A stretch of 64,000 nt of DNA from Fibrobacterales bacterium (GTDB taxonomy: Bacteria > Fibrobacterota > Fibrobacteria > Fibrobacterales > JAOPTW01): contig JAOPTX010000032.1 in NCBI GenBank assembly GCA_051532055.1, positions 96,001 through 160,000 of the forward strand. Reading direction: 5' to 3'. The notes under the pieces are model-generated. The model was not told the DNA's origin, searched no databases, and saw only the letters and a list, made by a program, of their open reading frames with translations. The position numbers were made by a program, and so were the translations under genes. Each line of letters opens with the position of its first letter. Positions within the stretch are counted from its first letter, which is position 1. Shown here one piece after another: positions 9,147-20,312 of the stretch.

Positions 9147-12100
9147 TTAGTAGGTAAACTTAAGTACATACACGCCAGCATCCAAATGCAATGGAATAGA
9201 GACTGACGCTGCATCAACATTTAATTGAGAAACCAGCTCTCCACGGAGGGTAAAAATAGAGCACTCTTCTACATCATCTGGAATCGAAAACTCAGTTAAT
9301 GCACCAGCTGAATTATTTACAATAACCATTTTTCTCTGATCATCAATTAACGTATTACCATAGGTAATAGGTGAAATAGAGTCTACAGGATTGGGTAATG
9401 CAATAAGCGTCGTATCGCCCCGCTCTGGCTGTGGGACCGTTACAGGTACATCTATTTGTGTAGAACTCACAGCACTACCACCCTGCGCTGAAGAAAGCGA
9501 AATAGAATTGTCAATCACCTGTACTACTAGTGTATCTGTTTCAGACACTGCCAATCCATCGGTAACCTGAATTGGTATAGCAAGACGCCCTGTAAAGCCA
9601 TCCTGAGCAATCACGTTGGTACCATACGCTGTAAAATAGTCACTAAACCCTATAAGTACTGACAGCGCATCACCATCAGCATCAACTGCTTTAATCAAAG
9701 TATCGGCAACAGCTATCGTTGTTTGAGGCCCAATAGAAAGAGGTGCTATAGATTCAATATACGGTGCATCATTCACCGGCATAACATCAACAGATAACAG
9801 AACACTTTGAGACGTGTCAATGCCATCAGTGGCTGAGACGGGCACTTGCAGTGCACCATTATAATTACTTTCAGGAGTGACGGTTAATCCACTTACCGTA
9901 TAATGTTCACCGTGCCCTACGAGTATATTGAGATTCTCATTGTCTACATCAAGTAAGGTTACCATGTCTTTGGTAAATACAATGGGTGTATCTTCATTTA
10001 TTTTCTGCGACTTGGGAAGGAGTACTTGTGGCACATCATTTACCGGAGCAACCACAACAGTCATAGAAATATTTTTGATCGTATCTCTACCATTGGTTAT
10101 TGCTACCGGTACCGATAATTCGCCATTAAAATGCAAGGTTGGTGTAATCACATTATCAACGATTGTATAATTTGCACCACTGCTAATAATAACACTCAAA
10201 GGATCATCGACATCAACCGCATCGGTCATAGACAGAGTTATCTCTAGTGGAGCATCTTCATCAATTTCCTTATTATCAACCTTTGAAAAGGTAAGAGGGT
10301 CATCCACCGCATCTACTTGAATATGGAGCTGAATGGTATCCGACCTATCGGTACCATCAGACACACAAACAGGAACTGATAAGGCCCCAAAGAAATGTTC
10401 ATGGGGTAGTATTGAATCATTTCTTAAAACATATGATGAATCTGACAAAACAATCAGTGACAGATTATCACCTTCCACATCTGTAGCTTCATACATTATA
10501 GTGCTGATATCAATTCCTACCTCTTCTACTGTAGTTATTGAATCCACCTTCTTAAAGTCTGGTTTGTCATTAACAGAGTTGATAATAAGCTCCATTGGAA
10601 CATAACTCGTTGTCTCTGTCCCATCGGTAATTGCTATTTGCAGTTGAATTGTTCCATGAAAATTTTCTACTGGTTCCACAATTGCATCGGTGATCACAAC
10701 ATCTTTATGAGGTTCAATAACTACTTGTAGAGGGTCATTATCATCATCTTTTGCATCGGTCATTAGGGACGTGAGCTCGATGAGGCCATCTTCATCGATT
10801 ATTTGGTTATGGGCGAGGGATAGCGTCGGTAGGTCGTTTATTGGAGTTACTGTTAATTTAAAATCAACGGGGCCAATGATGTCTGTTCCGTCATCTACAG
10901 ATACTGGAATTGTAAGATTACCATTAAAGTTATGGCTGGGAATGATAGTAGTTCCTGAAACTGTGTAATTATCACCTTTTTGAATTAAAAAAGTAAGGTT
11001 ATCATCATCAACATTGAGGACATCAGTTATTTGCTGAGTAAGGGTTATATCTGAGTCTTCATCTATTGTTTTTGGTTGAATAGCAGTGAAGATGGTGGGG
11101 TCATTTACTGGTTGGACGGTAATTACAATTTCTGCTGTGTCTTTGAGTTCTCCATCTGTAATAATATGTTTCACCAAAAGCTCCCCATTCCAATGTTCAT
11201 CGGGAGAGATTATTAAAGTTTCATTTTCTATTCTATGAGTGGCATTTATTAATTCTCCTGAAATAACTTTTTCAAATTCTATTATACTAATATGGTCGGT
11301 GTCGTTTTGTAGTAATTCGGAGATTAATACAGATAATTCTATATCTTCTTGGATGATGTAAGCATCATTAACAGCATCTGGTTTATAATTTTTTTGTTTT
11401 ATAAACACAGCGAAGCTTTGATTACTCCACAAAGTATCTGAATTAAAATTTATTCCTGACCGATATACCACAGTATCTTTAGTCCCAATCGAATCGCCCT
11501 CATCAAACAAATACCACGATAGGGAATCTGTTGTCCCATTATTTAAAACACTATCAAATTTAAAAAATGTTGGCCGAGTAAATGTTTGGCCATTAACATC
11601 GTTTTTAAGAATACCATTAATCTTAGTTTTTCCACTGATTCCAATCGTTCCAAAAGTAAGGTCGTTATCTATTATTGCAGTAGGTGGATTTATAACATTT
11701 CTCAATGCAGGGTATGTATCACCATTACTCATTCTCCATATATATTGAAAGTTCCAATTTTCAAATAGGCTAATATTTTTCATGTTCTCTTCTGTTACCC
11801 CTTCGTAATTCGTACCATCACCATCAGATGTTGACTGTCCAGATGCATCAATCGCCCAATAACAATCTTCTATAACTACATCATAATACGCACTTCCAAT
11901 CAAGCCCCCCCCTCCAATTACACTACCAACCGAGTACACATTTCTTATTGTATCACTAGCATACCCAACTGCCCCCCCAACAGAGTAACGTCCCTCTATA
12001 CTTCCACTATTATAGCAGTCCTCTATCACGCTGATTGAATCTGAAAATCCATAATTTGTTTTCCCGACGAGTCCCCCAATATAAGAGTCTCCCATAACTC

Positions 12101-15014
12101 TTACTTGACTAATACATTTTTCTAAAACACCATTGTTTCCACCAACAAGGCCACCCAGATATCTTCCTCCTTCAATTTGTCCTTTCGCCACTACATTCCT
12201 AACTTGCCCAGAATTATATCCTACCACTCCACCAATGTATTCAGAATTAGCTTTTCCACTGATATTCACTTCAACTGAGACACCCTCAATTAATCCCTTA
12301 TTAGTTCCCGCCACCCCTCCAATATTATTTCTACTACTTATTATTTCTCCATTAAACTCTATTTCAACCTTCAAATTTTTGACTATTGCATTTTCATCTA
12401 TTACACCAAATAACCCAACATTATCATTTAATGGTTTATTAATATACAAATTCCTTATTCCAAAATTATTTCCAATAAACACGCCTTGAAAAGGTGTATT
12501 AAATGTCCCAATTGGACTAAAATACTCGTTTTTAGATTGTACAGCATCAATATTATTTTTTAACCTATAAATCCCATCGATTGGATATTTATGATTAATC
12601 CCAATATGTTTTAGCTCTGTATAACTGAGGAGATCAATAGTATCAAAAGGACATGCAACATACGTAACCCCCCCCCAAATAGTATCATCTATACCAGAAA
12701 GTATACCAGGCCTATAAAAAAGATAAATCGAATCCTTCACACTATTTAATTTATACTTACCGGAATATTGTGCTTCTGATATTGTATCATTTAGCAAACT
12801 AATATCATTATTTATAAACTGTTTAAAATCATTTAAACTCGGAATAGAATCTAAAACATCTGGAACTCCAACAGGCCCATTAGGTACATTTCTCAAAAAT
12901 GGAGACGTACTTGTATTTATATCCCAAGTATTAATAAAATCAAAATTATTAAAATTTTCTTTCTCTACTAATTCTCCAAACTGCAAACCTCTACAATGAC
13001 TTTCATCAGCATCAAAATAATCCCATGTAGTTTCACTATTCCAGTAAGAATTTGAATCACTATAATTAATAGCTCCTATAGGAGAAACCCGCCTCTCATT
13101 TGATTCAATGATACCATTGAAAAAATTATTCCTATTGGAAGCATAGCCAAAATATGTTTTACCCCCACTCAAGCCTCCAGAATATGTATTAACTCCTCTA
13201 CTATCTATAAAAGTCTCACTTGTTATATACCCCGTTGAATAACTATTTTCTAAGCATGTATAACTTATCCCAAGCCCAATAATTCCACCAGCGGATCCTG
13301 AAACATCAAAATTATTTACTGTAGCACTACTATATATTTCATTTAGACAAATGGTGCCATTATTTTCATTGCTACCTATTACCCCTCCAGTATACTTAGC
13401 ACCTTCAGTAATTCCATGAGTATACACTCTATCGATTTGGCCAGCATTTTTCCCAGCAAGAATACCCACATGATCTCTCCCTTTTACTTTTCCAATCACT
13501 CCAACATCAACTATCCATGACTCTTCACCGGCTACTCCAATTAACCCAATATTGTCTTCAAACTGCCGATCAATATTAAAATTGAAAATATGATAACCAT
13601 TCCCATTTAATGTTCCGGTAAATGGACTTTGAATTGTGCCAATAGGTATGAATCCTTCCCCACCATTTTCTGATTTTGAATTTCTTGCATCAATATCATT
13701 AATTAAGTTATAATAGCCATCAAGTGGATAGTCCTCATGTACTCCAATTTTTTTCAGATCTTGATAGGTCGAAATATTTTTTTGATCAAATGGTACCACA
13801 AGCTTTGCCTCAGCTCCCCAAAGAGTATCACCGTTCTGCAATATTTCGCCTGGTATATACATAAAATAGAGTGAATCTCTTGAATCGTTTCTAACACTAT
13901 ACCCTGTTGATCTTACTTCAGTAATCGTATGATTTTCATAATCTATATCATTTACCAAAAAAGCATTTAAATTTAATGTATCAGAAATACTAGAAGATAT
14001 ATCATTAATACCTTCTGGTGGATTTTCCAGATGTATAAGAGCAGGAAACCCACCATGATCATTATTCCATATTGTGGTAAAATTCCAATTTTTAAAATTG
14101 TTTACATCCCTCATTTCGCTTGATGTCAAACCTTTATATGATACCCCGTCTTGCCCCGCTGAGGTCAATACTCCACTTCGCTCTATGTCCCAATAACAAT
14201 TTTCTACAACCAGTGTTCCCATTGTAAACCCTAGCAACCCCCCTGAATTTCTAGGCACCCTTCCATAGCTATAGGAGTTAATGATAGTTGAGCTTCTTGC
14301 TGCCCGTATAAGGCCACCACACTTATCAACATTACATTCACTTTCTGATTGAATCACTGTATAAGCATAACTGTCTCTTATTATACCATCAGTATCCATA
14401 CCAACTAACCCACCACCAGAATTAATCGAGCCACCAGCATAACTTTGAACTATTTCTCCACTATTATTACCAACTAAACCCCCGCCTCTTGAATTATTTT
14501 GAGTTATAGAAAAACTTCTTTCAATTCTCCCATCATTATCTCCTACTAAGCCACCTGGCAACTCATACCCATATGCCTCAACAACACCCATACTATAACA
14601 ATTTATGATTCTTCCTTTGTTTATAGCTGTAAGCATACCAACAGTTCTATGACCACTAACAAACCCTTTCACACCAAGATTTTTTATTATTGCCGTATCT
14701 GAAACCATATAGAACAGTCCCGAGGCATACTTATCTGGAGATAGACTAAAATTATGAATTTTATGATTCCCCCCATCAAACGTTCCCCGGAATTCATCTA
14801 AGATTGCAATAATCACTCCTTGCCCACCAGCGTCAATATCCTGGGTCATTTCATAATGCGCCCCAAGATCATCATTCACCTTAAGCAGGTCCTCATAATC
14901 CTCTATCAAATACGGCCCCCCCACAGTCCCAGACCCACTCAAAACCCCACCAACAGCAAAAAGATTCACCGATAATAAGCAAAGAAAGAAAAAAGAAGTA
15001 ATGACTTGTTTCAC
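9147..15014 (-). CDS. Giant surface adhesin-like protein: three GLUG/beta-helix super-repeats, about six cadherin-like/tandem-95 repeats, T9SS-type C-terminal domain
   Basis: Repeated GGLVG/F.GTF.GNG motifs and DED...V.PVND.P repeats. C-terminus IFTLRGELV...LDAGVYVLKF. GTG at 15014 with GAGG RBS and signal peptide. Confidence 0.8.
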   Translation of the reverse strand: MKQVITSFFFLCLLSVNLFAVGGVLSGSGTVGGPYLIEDYEDLLKVNDDLGAHYEMTQDIDAGGQGVIIAILDEFRGTFDGGNHKIHNFSLSPDKYASGLFYMVSDTAIIKNLGVKGFVSGHRTVGMLTAINKGRIINCYSMGVVEAYGYELPGGLVGDNDGRIERSFSITQNNSRGGGLVGNNSGEIVQSYAGGSINSGGGLVGMDTDGIIRDSYAYTVIQSESECNVDKCGGLIRAARSSTIINSYSYGRVPRNSGGLLGFTMGTLVVENCYWDIERSGVLTSAGQDGVSYKGLTSSEMRDVNNFKNWNFTTIWNNDHGGFPALIHLENPPEGINDISSSISDTLNLNAFLVNDIDYENHTITEVRSTGYSVRNDSRDSLYFMYIPGEILQNGDTLWGAEAKLVVPFDQKNISTYQDLKKIGVHEDYPLDGYYNLINDIDARNSKSENGGEGFIPIGTIQSPFTGTLNGNGYHIFNFNIDRQFEDNIGLIGVAGEESWIVDVGVIGKVKGRDHVGILAGKNAGQIDRVYTHGITEGAKYTGGVIGSNENNGTICLNEIYSSATVNNFDVSGSAGGIIGLGISYTCLENSYSTGYITSETFIDSRGVNTYSGGLSGGKTYFGYASNRNNFFNGIIESNERRVSPIGAINYSDSNSYWNSETTWDYFDADESHCRGLQFGELVEKENFNNFDFINTWDINTSTSPFLRNVPNGPVGVPDVLDSIPSLNDFKQFINNDISLLNDTISEAQYSGKYKLNSVKDSIYLFYRPGILSGIDDTIWGGVTYVACPFDTIDLLSYTELKHIGINHKYPIDGIYRLKNNIDAVQSKNEYFSPIGTFNTPFQGVFIGNNFGIRNLYINKPLNDNVGLFGVIDENAIVKNLKVEIEFNGEIISSRNNIGGVAGTNKGLIEGVSVEVNISGKANSEYIGGVVGYNSGQVRNVVAKGQIEGGRYLGGLVGGNNGVLEKCISQVRVMGDSYIGGLVGKTNYGFSDSISVIEDCYNSGSIEGRYSVGGAVGYASDTIRNVYSVGSVIGGGGLIGSAYYDVVIEDCYWAIDASGQSTSDGDGTNYEGVTEENMKNISLFENWNFQYIWRMSNGDTYPALRNVINPPTAIIDNDLTFGTIGISGKTKINGILKNDVNGQTFTRPTFFKFDSVLNNGTTDSLSWYLFDEGDSIGTKDTVVYRSGINFNSDTLWSNQSFAVFIKQKNYKPDAVNDAYIIQEDIELSVLISELLQNDTDHISIIEFEKVISGELINATHRIENETLIISPDEHWNGELLVKHIITDGELKDTAEIVITVQPVNDPTIFTAIQPKTIDEDSDITLTQQITDVLNVDDDNLTFLIQKGDNYTVSGTTIIPSHNFNGNLTIPVSVDDGTDIIGPVDFKLTVTPINDLPTLSLAHNQIIDEDGLIELTSLMTDAKDDDNDPLQVVIEPHKDVVITDAIVEPVENFHGTIQLQIAITDGTETTSYVPMELIINSVNDKPDFKKVDSITTVEEVGIDISTIMYEATDVEGDNLSLIVLSDSSYVLRNDSILPHEHFFGALSVPVCVSDGTDRSDTIQLHIQVDAVDDPLTFSKVDNKEIDEDAPLEITLSMTDAVDVDDPLSVIISSGANYTIVDNVITPTLHFNGELSVPVAITNGRDTIKNISMTVVVAPVNDVPQVLLPKSQKINEDTPIVFTKDMVTLLDVDNENLNILVGHGEHYTVSGLTVTPESNYNGALQVPVSATDGIDTSQSVLLSVDVMPVNDAPYIESIAPLSIGPQTTIAVADTLIKAVDADGDALSVLIGFSDYFTAYGTNVIAQDGFTGRLAIPIQVTDGLAVSETDTLVVQVIDNSISLSSAQGGSAVSSTQIDVPVTVPQPERGDTTLIALPNPVDSISPITYGNTLIDDQRKMVIVNNSAGALTEFSIPDDVEECSIFTLRGELVSQLNVDAASVSIPLHLDAGVYVLKFTY

Positions 15015-15338
15015 AGAAACCTCACAATAAATGCGCAAAGCATGAATGCTCTACAAAGAATATATCCCCAGACTGAGCAATAATAGAAAGCATTAGGCAA
15101 CACTGCTCAATGTTAATCCGAGTTTACATTCACACTCAATAAGTGTGACAACAAACACATTAAAATCCTCAAAAAGCCCCACTTATGTGGCGCCAAACCA
15201 AACCACGTAAATATTTTCAATACAGTAAGTTAAAAAAACGACTTACAGTGAACTATCAAGTATTTTCTTTATTAGATTTAAAAGACGCTACTCGCATCAG
15301 AACGAAGTAGTAACTACTGGGGACATAAAGGATTTCGA

Positions 15339-18300
15339 ATGATACAAAGCACCTTCGGGCACGTGCTCTTATTTTCGCGTTTTGTTACAGTTACTGTAGC
15401 ATTACTTATAACGTGCACCTCATCATCACTCTTTGCTGAGCAAGTAAAGGATACTAAGTTCGCCGTTGGGCGTGGGTTTTATGAAGGGGTTATCTATGAT
15501 ACCATAACGACAAAAACTGAAGGGGCGACTATATGGTACACCTTGGATGGGAGTGATCCGAGTGATGAGAATAGTAGAAGACTCAGCACAGGTTTTGATG
15601 GTACCTCTGGCGATTCAATTATTGTTGAAATAAACCCACTGAGTACAGATAACGATAGACCATTTACTCCAGGTGTAGTCATCCGGGCCTTTGCTCAGGC
15701 TGAACAAAGTTCTGGGCTAGACGACACGGACATAGATACTCATACTTATTTATTTGTTAAAGAAGTGCCTAATATTACAATGGGTAATTGGAAACCGGGG
15801 TCTGAATGGCCTGATCAACGAAAAATTGATAAAAATGCTTTTACCCCTCAAAGTTTTGACTATAGAATTGATCCAAATACAGTATCCCATTATGGATCCG
15901 AGTCAATTATTCTTTCCCTAAAATCCATTCCTAGTATTATGCTCACCGTTCCAACTGATAGTCTATTTGATGACAATTACGGAATATATGCTAACGCATG
16001 GAAAAGGAAAGGATATAACTTTGATGATTGGGAACGTTCTGGGTCTATAGAAATTATCACACATAATGATTCAATATCAGAACAAGTAAATACTGGAGTC
16101 AGAATCAGGGGGGGCTATAGTAGACATGGTGGGAATCCAAAACATGCATTTAGACTATTTTTCAGATCTGAGTATGGAGATAGCAAATTTAATTTTCCAT
16201 TATTCGGTACTGAAGGTGTCTCTAAATTTGATAAAATAGATCTTCGCACCGCTCAAAACCATTCATGGTCATTCAAAGGTAGTGGCAATAATACTTTTCT
16301 CCACGATGTTTTTTCCCGAGATTTACAGCGAGAGATGGGTCAACCTTATGGGAGAAGCAGATACTATCATCTCTATATTAATGGATTATACTGGGGTTTA
16401 TACCAGTCTGAAGAAAGACCAGAGGCTGCCTTTGCCTCTTCTTATTTTGGTGGTGACGCTGATGACTATGACGTATTGAAAGTAAAAGGAAGAATATATG
16501 AAAATGGAAATTTTGTAGACTACTACACTCTTGACACAGAAGGAGTTAATACTGCTCTTTATAGAGACTTATTTGAAAAAACAAAAAACAAAGTCACTTC
16601 AGTAACAGAATATTACTCCCTTCAATCAAAAGATCGAGATGGAATTTATGATCCAAATGGCACCAAGTTGCTTGACCCAATCAATCTTGCGGACTATATG
16701 ATCGGAATATATTACACAGGTGACCGTGATGCCCCCATTACTGAATACCAAGGAAACACCAAACTAAACAACTTTTATTGTTTCATTAATAGAGAAAATC
16801 CGGACGGCTTTAAATGGATAAGACATGATGCAGAGCATTCTTTGGATAGGACTGGGGTAGACAAAAATAGAACTGGTCCATTCGATAACACACAACAGTT
16901 CCACTTATTCAACCCCCAAGTTCTCCATCAACAACTCATAGACAATTCAGAATATAGAACCCTATTTAGCGACAGAGTGTATAGACACTTTTACAATAAC
17001 GGGGCACTTACCATCCACAATACCGAAGAATTACTTATCTCTAGAAGAGATGAAGTCGAAGGAGCTATTATAGCCGAATCCGCTCGTTGGGGGGATACTC
17101 ATATCAGCGGGAATGGGTTTTTATCATATGATGATTGGTCTACCGCTGTAGACACAACGTTACTTCAAAACTATATTCCTCATAGATTATCCAAGGTAAA
17201 ATCACAACTTAGAGATAAAGGCTGGCTTAGCTCAATGTATCCCCCAGAGGTTAAAAGAAATGGTAATAAAATTGAAGTTCAATCTACTGGATTTACATTA
17301 GGTGAGACTATAATTTTTGATTCACCTAATGCTATTTATTACACATTTAATGGTTCAGACCCTCGCGCCTCGAGAGGTGGCATACAAGGAATTCTCTATT
17401 CTAGCAACTCACTCATTCCAATTGAACATGGCGTTTTAAAAGTCAGAAGCCATGATGGAAATAACTGGAGTCCTCTTAGGGAAATTCAATTTCTACACGA
17501 ACTTGCCCCCCAATCCCTCGCAATAAACGAAATCCACTACAATCCTTTTGACACACTCTATCAAGGCGACACAGAAGCCACAGATGAAACAGACTTCCAA
17601 TATATTGAACTTAAAAATACAAGCTCAGAGCAACTTAACCTGACTGGCGTAACATTCACTCAAGGAGTTTTTTACGACTTCCCTGACAATACCGTCATCG
17701 AACCAGGAGAGCTGTATGTTATTGCAACGTCTATCCCCGATTTCGAAGCACGCTACGGATTCAAACCCCATGGCTGGATGAAAGGCGAGCTCAGTAAACG
17801 CGGTGAACCACTCGTCATAAAAGATTGGCTCGGTACTATTGTCGACTCCGTAAGCTACCTCGATGACTCACCATGGAATGCAGAAGCAGATGGTGAAGGA
17901 CTCTCACTCATCCGTATTGACCCAACAACTGGCGCAAACGACCCATTAAACTGGACTGCTTCAAAACAATTTAGCGGTTCACCTAATGTAGAGAACAGCA
18001 CTACAGTAGCCCCTTCACCACTCCAAAACGTTAAACTATCTGAAATCCACTACCACCCGAAAGACTCGGGACTCGTTGATGATGATGAATATGAATTTCT
18101 TGAATTTTACAACACCAGTGATCAAGAGCTCAGCCTCAAAGACCTCCGGTTTACATCTGGGGTTAACTACTGGTTTCCTGACATAACCATCAAACCTGAC
18201 AGTTTTTATGTAATCGCCTCAAATGCTACAGAATTTACAGCACGCTACGGCTTTGCTCCCCATGCAGAATACACCAAAGGGCTTAGTAATAGCGGTGAAT

Positions 18301-20237
18301 CTATATGCCTTCGTGATGGACTCGGTAACCTCATAAGTCGCGTTGACTACACCGACTCCCTGCCCTGGTCTCCTCTTGCAGATGGCAGTGGGAACTCACT
18401 TGAAATTACTCTCTTGACTGACACAACAAATACTGCTTTTCACGGGAACTGGGGTGCATCATTCCAAATCCATGGTACTCCTGGTGCCTTACCAGCACCT
18501 CCAAAACCCCCGTCATATACACTGACTTATAAACCAGGTATTAAAAATATTTTCGGATCCCTTATAATAGACGGCGATACGAATACCACTGATGTAACCA
18601 TCACACTCGAACAAGATCTTATTACCGACTCTATCAAGGCCCTCCCCAATTATGGCTACCGTTTTGATGGTTGGACTGATGGCTCTATGCAAAACCCTCG
18701 TGTCGACACCGCAACGGCTGAATTTTCTGTCATAACGAAGTTTGTCCCTCTTGACATGCAGGTTACCTACACCGCACTTACCGGCGGTACCCTGACAGGT
18801 ACACCTGCGCAAACTATTCCATACCTCACCCAAACAACAGTAGTGACGGCAACCGCAGACCCACACTACACTTTTATTCAGTGGTCAGATGGTTTAACTA
18901 CTGCCACTCGAAATGATACTGCATTGGTCATGGATACAACAATTACTGCCGAGTTTACTCTCAATCTTTTTGATGTAACGCTCCAGTCAGCCGGAAATGG
19001 CACCATTTCACCAACAGTCGATACCACCATCATCAGTGGTTCAACTATTGCTCTTACTGCAGTGCCTCATGAACACTACCATTTTACTCATTGGGACGTT
19101 ACCGAAGGCTTATCAGTCATTGATGCCAACACCTCATCTACAAGCCTTAATGCTGTATTGAGTAATGGTACCGTAACGGGACATTTTACTGCCGATACTT
19201 ACACCGTAACCTATGCAACAAAACAATCAAATGGCACAATCAATGGTACTACCAAACAAACCATCACTGCTTTTGAGGCCACGAGCTCTGTAACTGCAGT
19301 TCCTCAAACGGGGCTTCATTTTGTATCCTGGTCTGATGGTTCTATTGCCAATCCACGATCCGATAGTGCCTTCTACAAAGACACCACCTTTACGGCAAAC
19401 TTTTCGAGAAACAACTACACGTTAACGATCATTCTCGGAACCTTCGATACCATAGTTCAAACGATCCCTCATGGATCTGGACTCAGAATGTCGGCCACCT
19501 CTTCTCCGCAACACACCTTTTCCGGCTGGACTGCAACTGAGGGAATTACACTTTCTGACCCTGATTCATTAATTGTAAACCTTACTAATATTACCGAATC
19601 TGCAACCGTAACTGCTCACTTTATATCTCAGGCATTTGAGGTAAATTATAGCGCCTCGAATGGTGGTACCGTGACAGGTGAAAAAACGCAACTCGTTCAG
19701 TATGGTTCAAATGTTTCTTCTGTTACCGCAGTACCTGACCCTGGCTATACGTTTTTAGGATGGTCTGATGGCCTTACCGATAACCCTAGAACTGATATGA
19801 ATATTAATCACGTGCTGAATATAAACGCTCTGTTTGAACAGGCGGCAGCTACTGATCCAGATGTTCTCGATCCAACACAACCCAATGACACCATTATAGG
19901 TGATGCTAACCCAGACGACACCCTATCAACGCCTCTGAATGAGTTTAGCTCAGTAACCCCACTCACATTGACGCTCCAAAAACTCTATGATAGTCGTACC
20001 CTTGTTACTCTCGGTGGCGATAATATAGAGGGGGCTCAGTTACAAGTATTCACTATTGATGGCACCATGATAACAACCCTCACATCAGAACGTGACCTCT
20101 ATGTCATTGAAAATAGTGCACTCTCCTATGAACTACCTTCTGATGACTTTGCGCCGGGCCTCTACATCGTTTCGGCTCAAACCCTCATGAGTGACGGGTC
20201 TCAAAAATTCATCTCGAGACAGCTTCGTATCAAGTAA
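15339..20237 (+). CDS. CotH kinase protein with FN3-associated/CHB_HEX_C, two lamin-tail domains, InlB B-like repeats and T9SS-type C-terminus
   Basis: IWYTLDGSDP; GVRIRGGYSR..PKHAFRLFFR, YINGLYWGLYQSEER, HDAEHS; two INEIHY.P..EF.EL.N domains; GY.F.GWSDG..NPR repeats; VFTIDG..APGLYIV. Confidence 0.85.
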   Translation: MIQSTFGHVLLFSRFVTVTVALLITCTSSSLFAEQVKDTKFAVGRGFYEGVIYDTITTKTEGATIWYTLDGSDPSDENSRRLSTGFDGTSGDSIIVEINPLSTDNDRPFTPGVVIRAFAQAEQSSGLDDTDIDTHTYLFVKEVPNITMGNWKPGSEWPDQRKIDKNAFTPQSFDYRIDPNTVSHYGSESIILSLKSIPSIMLTVPTDSLFDDNYGIYANAWKRKGYNFDDWERSGSIEIITHNDSISEQVNTGVRIRGGYSRHGGNPKHAFRLFFRSEYGDSKFNFPLFGTEGVSKFDKIDLRTAQNHSWSFKGSGNNTFLHDVFSRDLQREMGQPYGRSRYYHLYINGLYWGLYQSEERPEAAFASSYFGGDADDYDVLKVKGRIYENGNFVDYYTLDTEGVNTALYRDLFEKTKNKVTSVTEYYSLQSKDRDGIYDPNGTKLLDPINLADYMIGIYYTGDRDAPITEYQGNTKLNNFYCFINRENPDGFKWIRHDAEHSLDRTGVDKNRTGPFDNTQQFHLFNPQVLHQQLIDNSEYRTLFSDRVYRHFYNNGALTIHNTEELLISRRDEVEGAIIAESARWGDTHISGNGFLSYDDWSTAVDTTLLQNYIPHRLSKVKSQLRDKGWLSSMYPPEVKRNGNKIEVQSTGFTLGETIIFDSPNAIYYTFNGSDPRASRGGIQGILYSSNSLIPIEHGVLKVRSHDGNNWSPLREIQFLHELAPQSLAINEIHYNPFDTLYQGDTEATDETDFQYIELKNTSSEQLNLTGVTFTQGVFYDFPDNTVIEPGELYVIATSIPDFEARYGFKPHGWMKGELSKRGEPLVIKDWLGTIVDSVSYLDDSPWNAEADGEGLSLIRIDPTTGANDPLNWTASKQFSGSPNVENSTTVAPSPLQNVKLSEIHYHPKDSGLVDDDEYEFLEFYNTSDQELSLKDLRFTSGVNYWFPDITIKPDSFYVIASNATEFTARYGFAPHAEYTKGLSNSGESICLRDGLGNLISRVDYTDSLPWSPLADGSGNSLEITLLTDTTNTAFHGNWGASFQIHGTPGALPAPPKPPSYTLTYKPGIKNIFGSLIIDGDTNTTDVTITLEQDLITDSIKALPNYGYRFDGWTDGSMQNPRVDTATAEFSVITKFVPLDMQVTYTALTGGTLTGTPAQTIPYLTQTTVVTATADPHYTFIQWSDGLTTATRNDTALVMDTTITAEFTLNLFDVTLQSAGNGTISPTVDTTIISGSTIALTAVPHEHYHFTHWDVTEGLSVIDANTSSTSLNAVLSNGTVTGHFTADTYTVTYATKQSNGTINGTTKQTITAFEATSSVTAVPQTGLHFVSWSDGSIANPRSDSAFYKDTTFTANFSRNNYTLTIILGTFDTIVQTIPHGSGLRMSATSSPQHTFSGWTATEGITLSDPDSLIVNLTNITESATVTAHFISQAFEVNYSASNGGTVTGEKTQLVQYGSNVSSVTAVPDPGYTFLGWSDGLTDNPRTDMNINHVLNINALFEQAAATDPDVLDPTQPNDTIIGDANPDDTLSTPLNEFSSVTPLTLTLQKLYDSRTLVTLGGDNIEGAQLQVFTIDGTMITTLTSERDLYVIENSALSYELPSDDFAPGLYIVSAQTLMSDGSQKFISRQLRIK

Positions 20238-20283
20238 AAAAAAGAGCCGTGTATCAATCAAAACCTGATAGATACACGGCTTT
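20238..20283. terminator. Bidirectional intrinsic terminator between convergent genes
   Basis: Stem agccgtgtatc/gatacacggct flanked by an A-run and ttt. Confidence 0.75.
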
Positions 20284-20312
20284 AAAATACTTACTCAGTC
20301 TTAATGTTAAGG

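Noticed and set aside
15015..15338. Riboswitch (e.g. c-di-GMP) in the divergent adhesin/CotH spacer
   Set aside because: Only short hairpins; no recognisable conserved riboswitch core.
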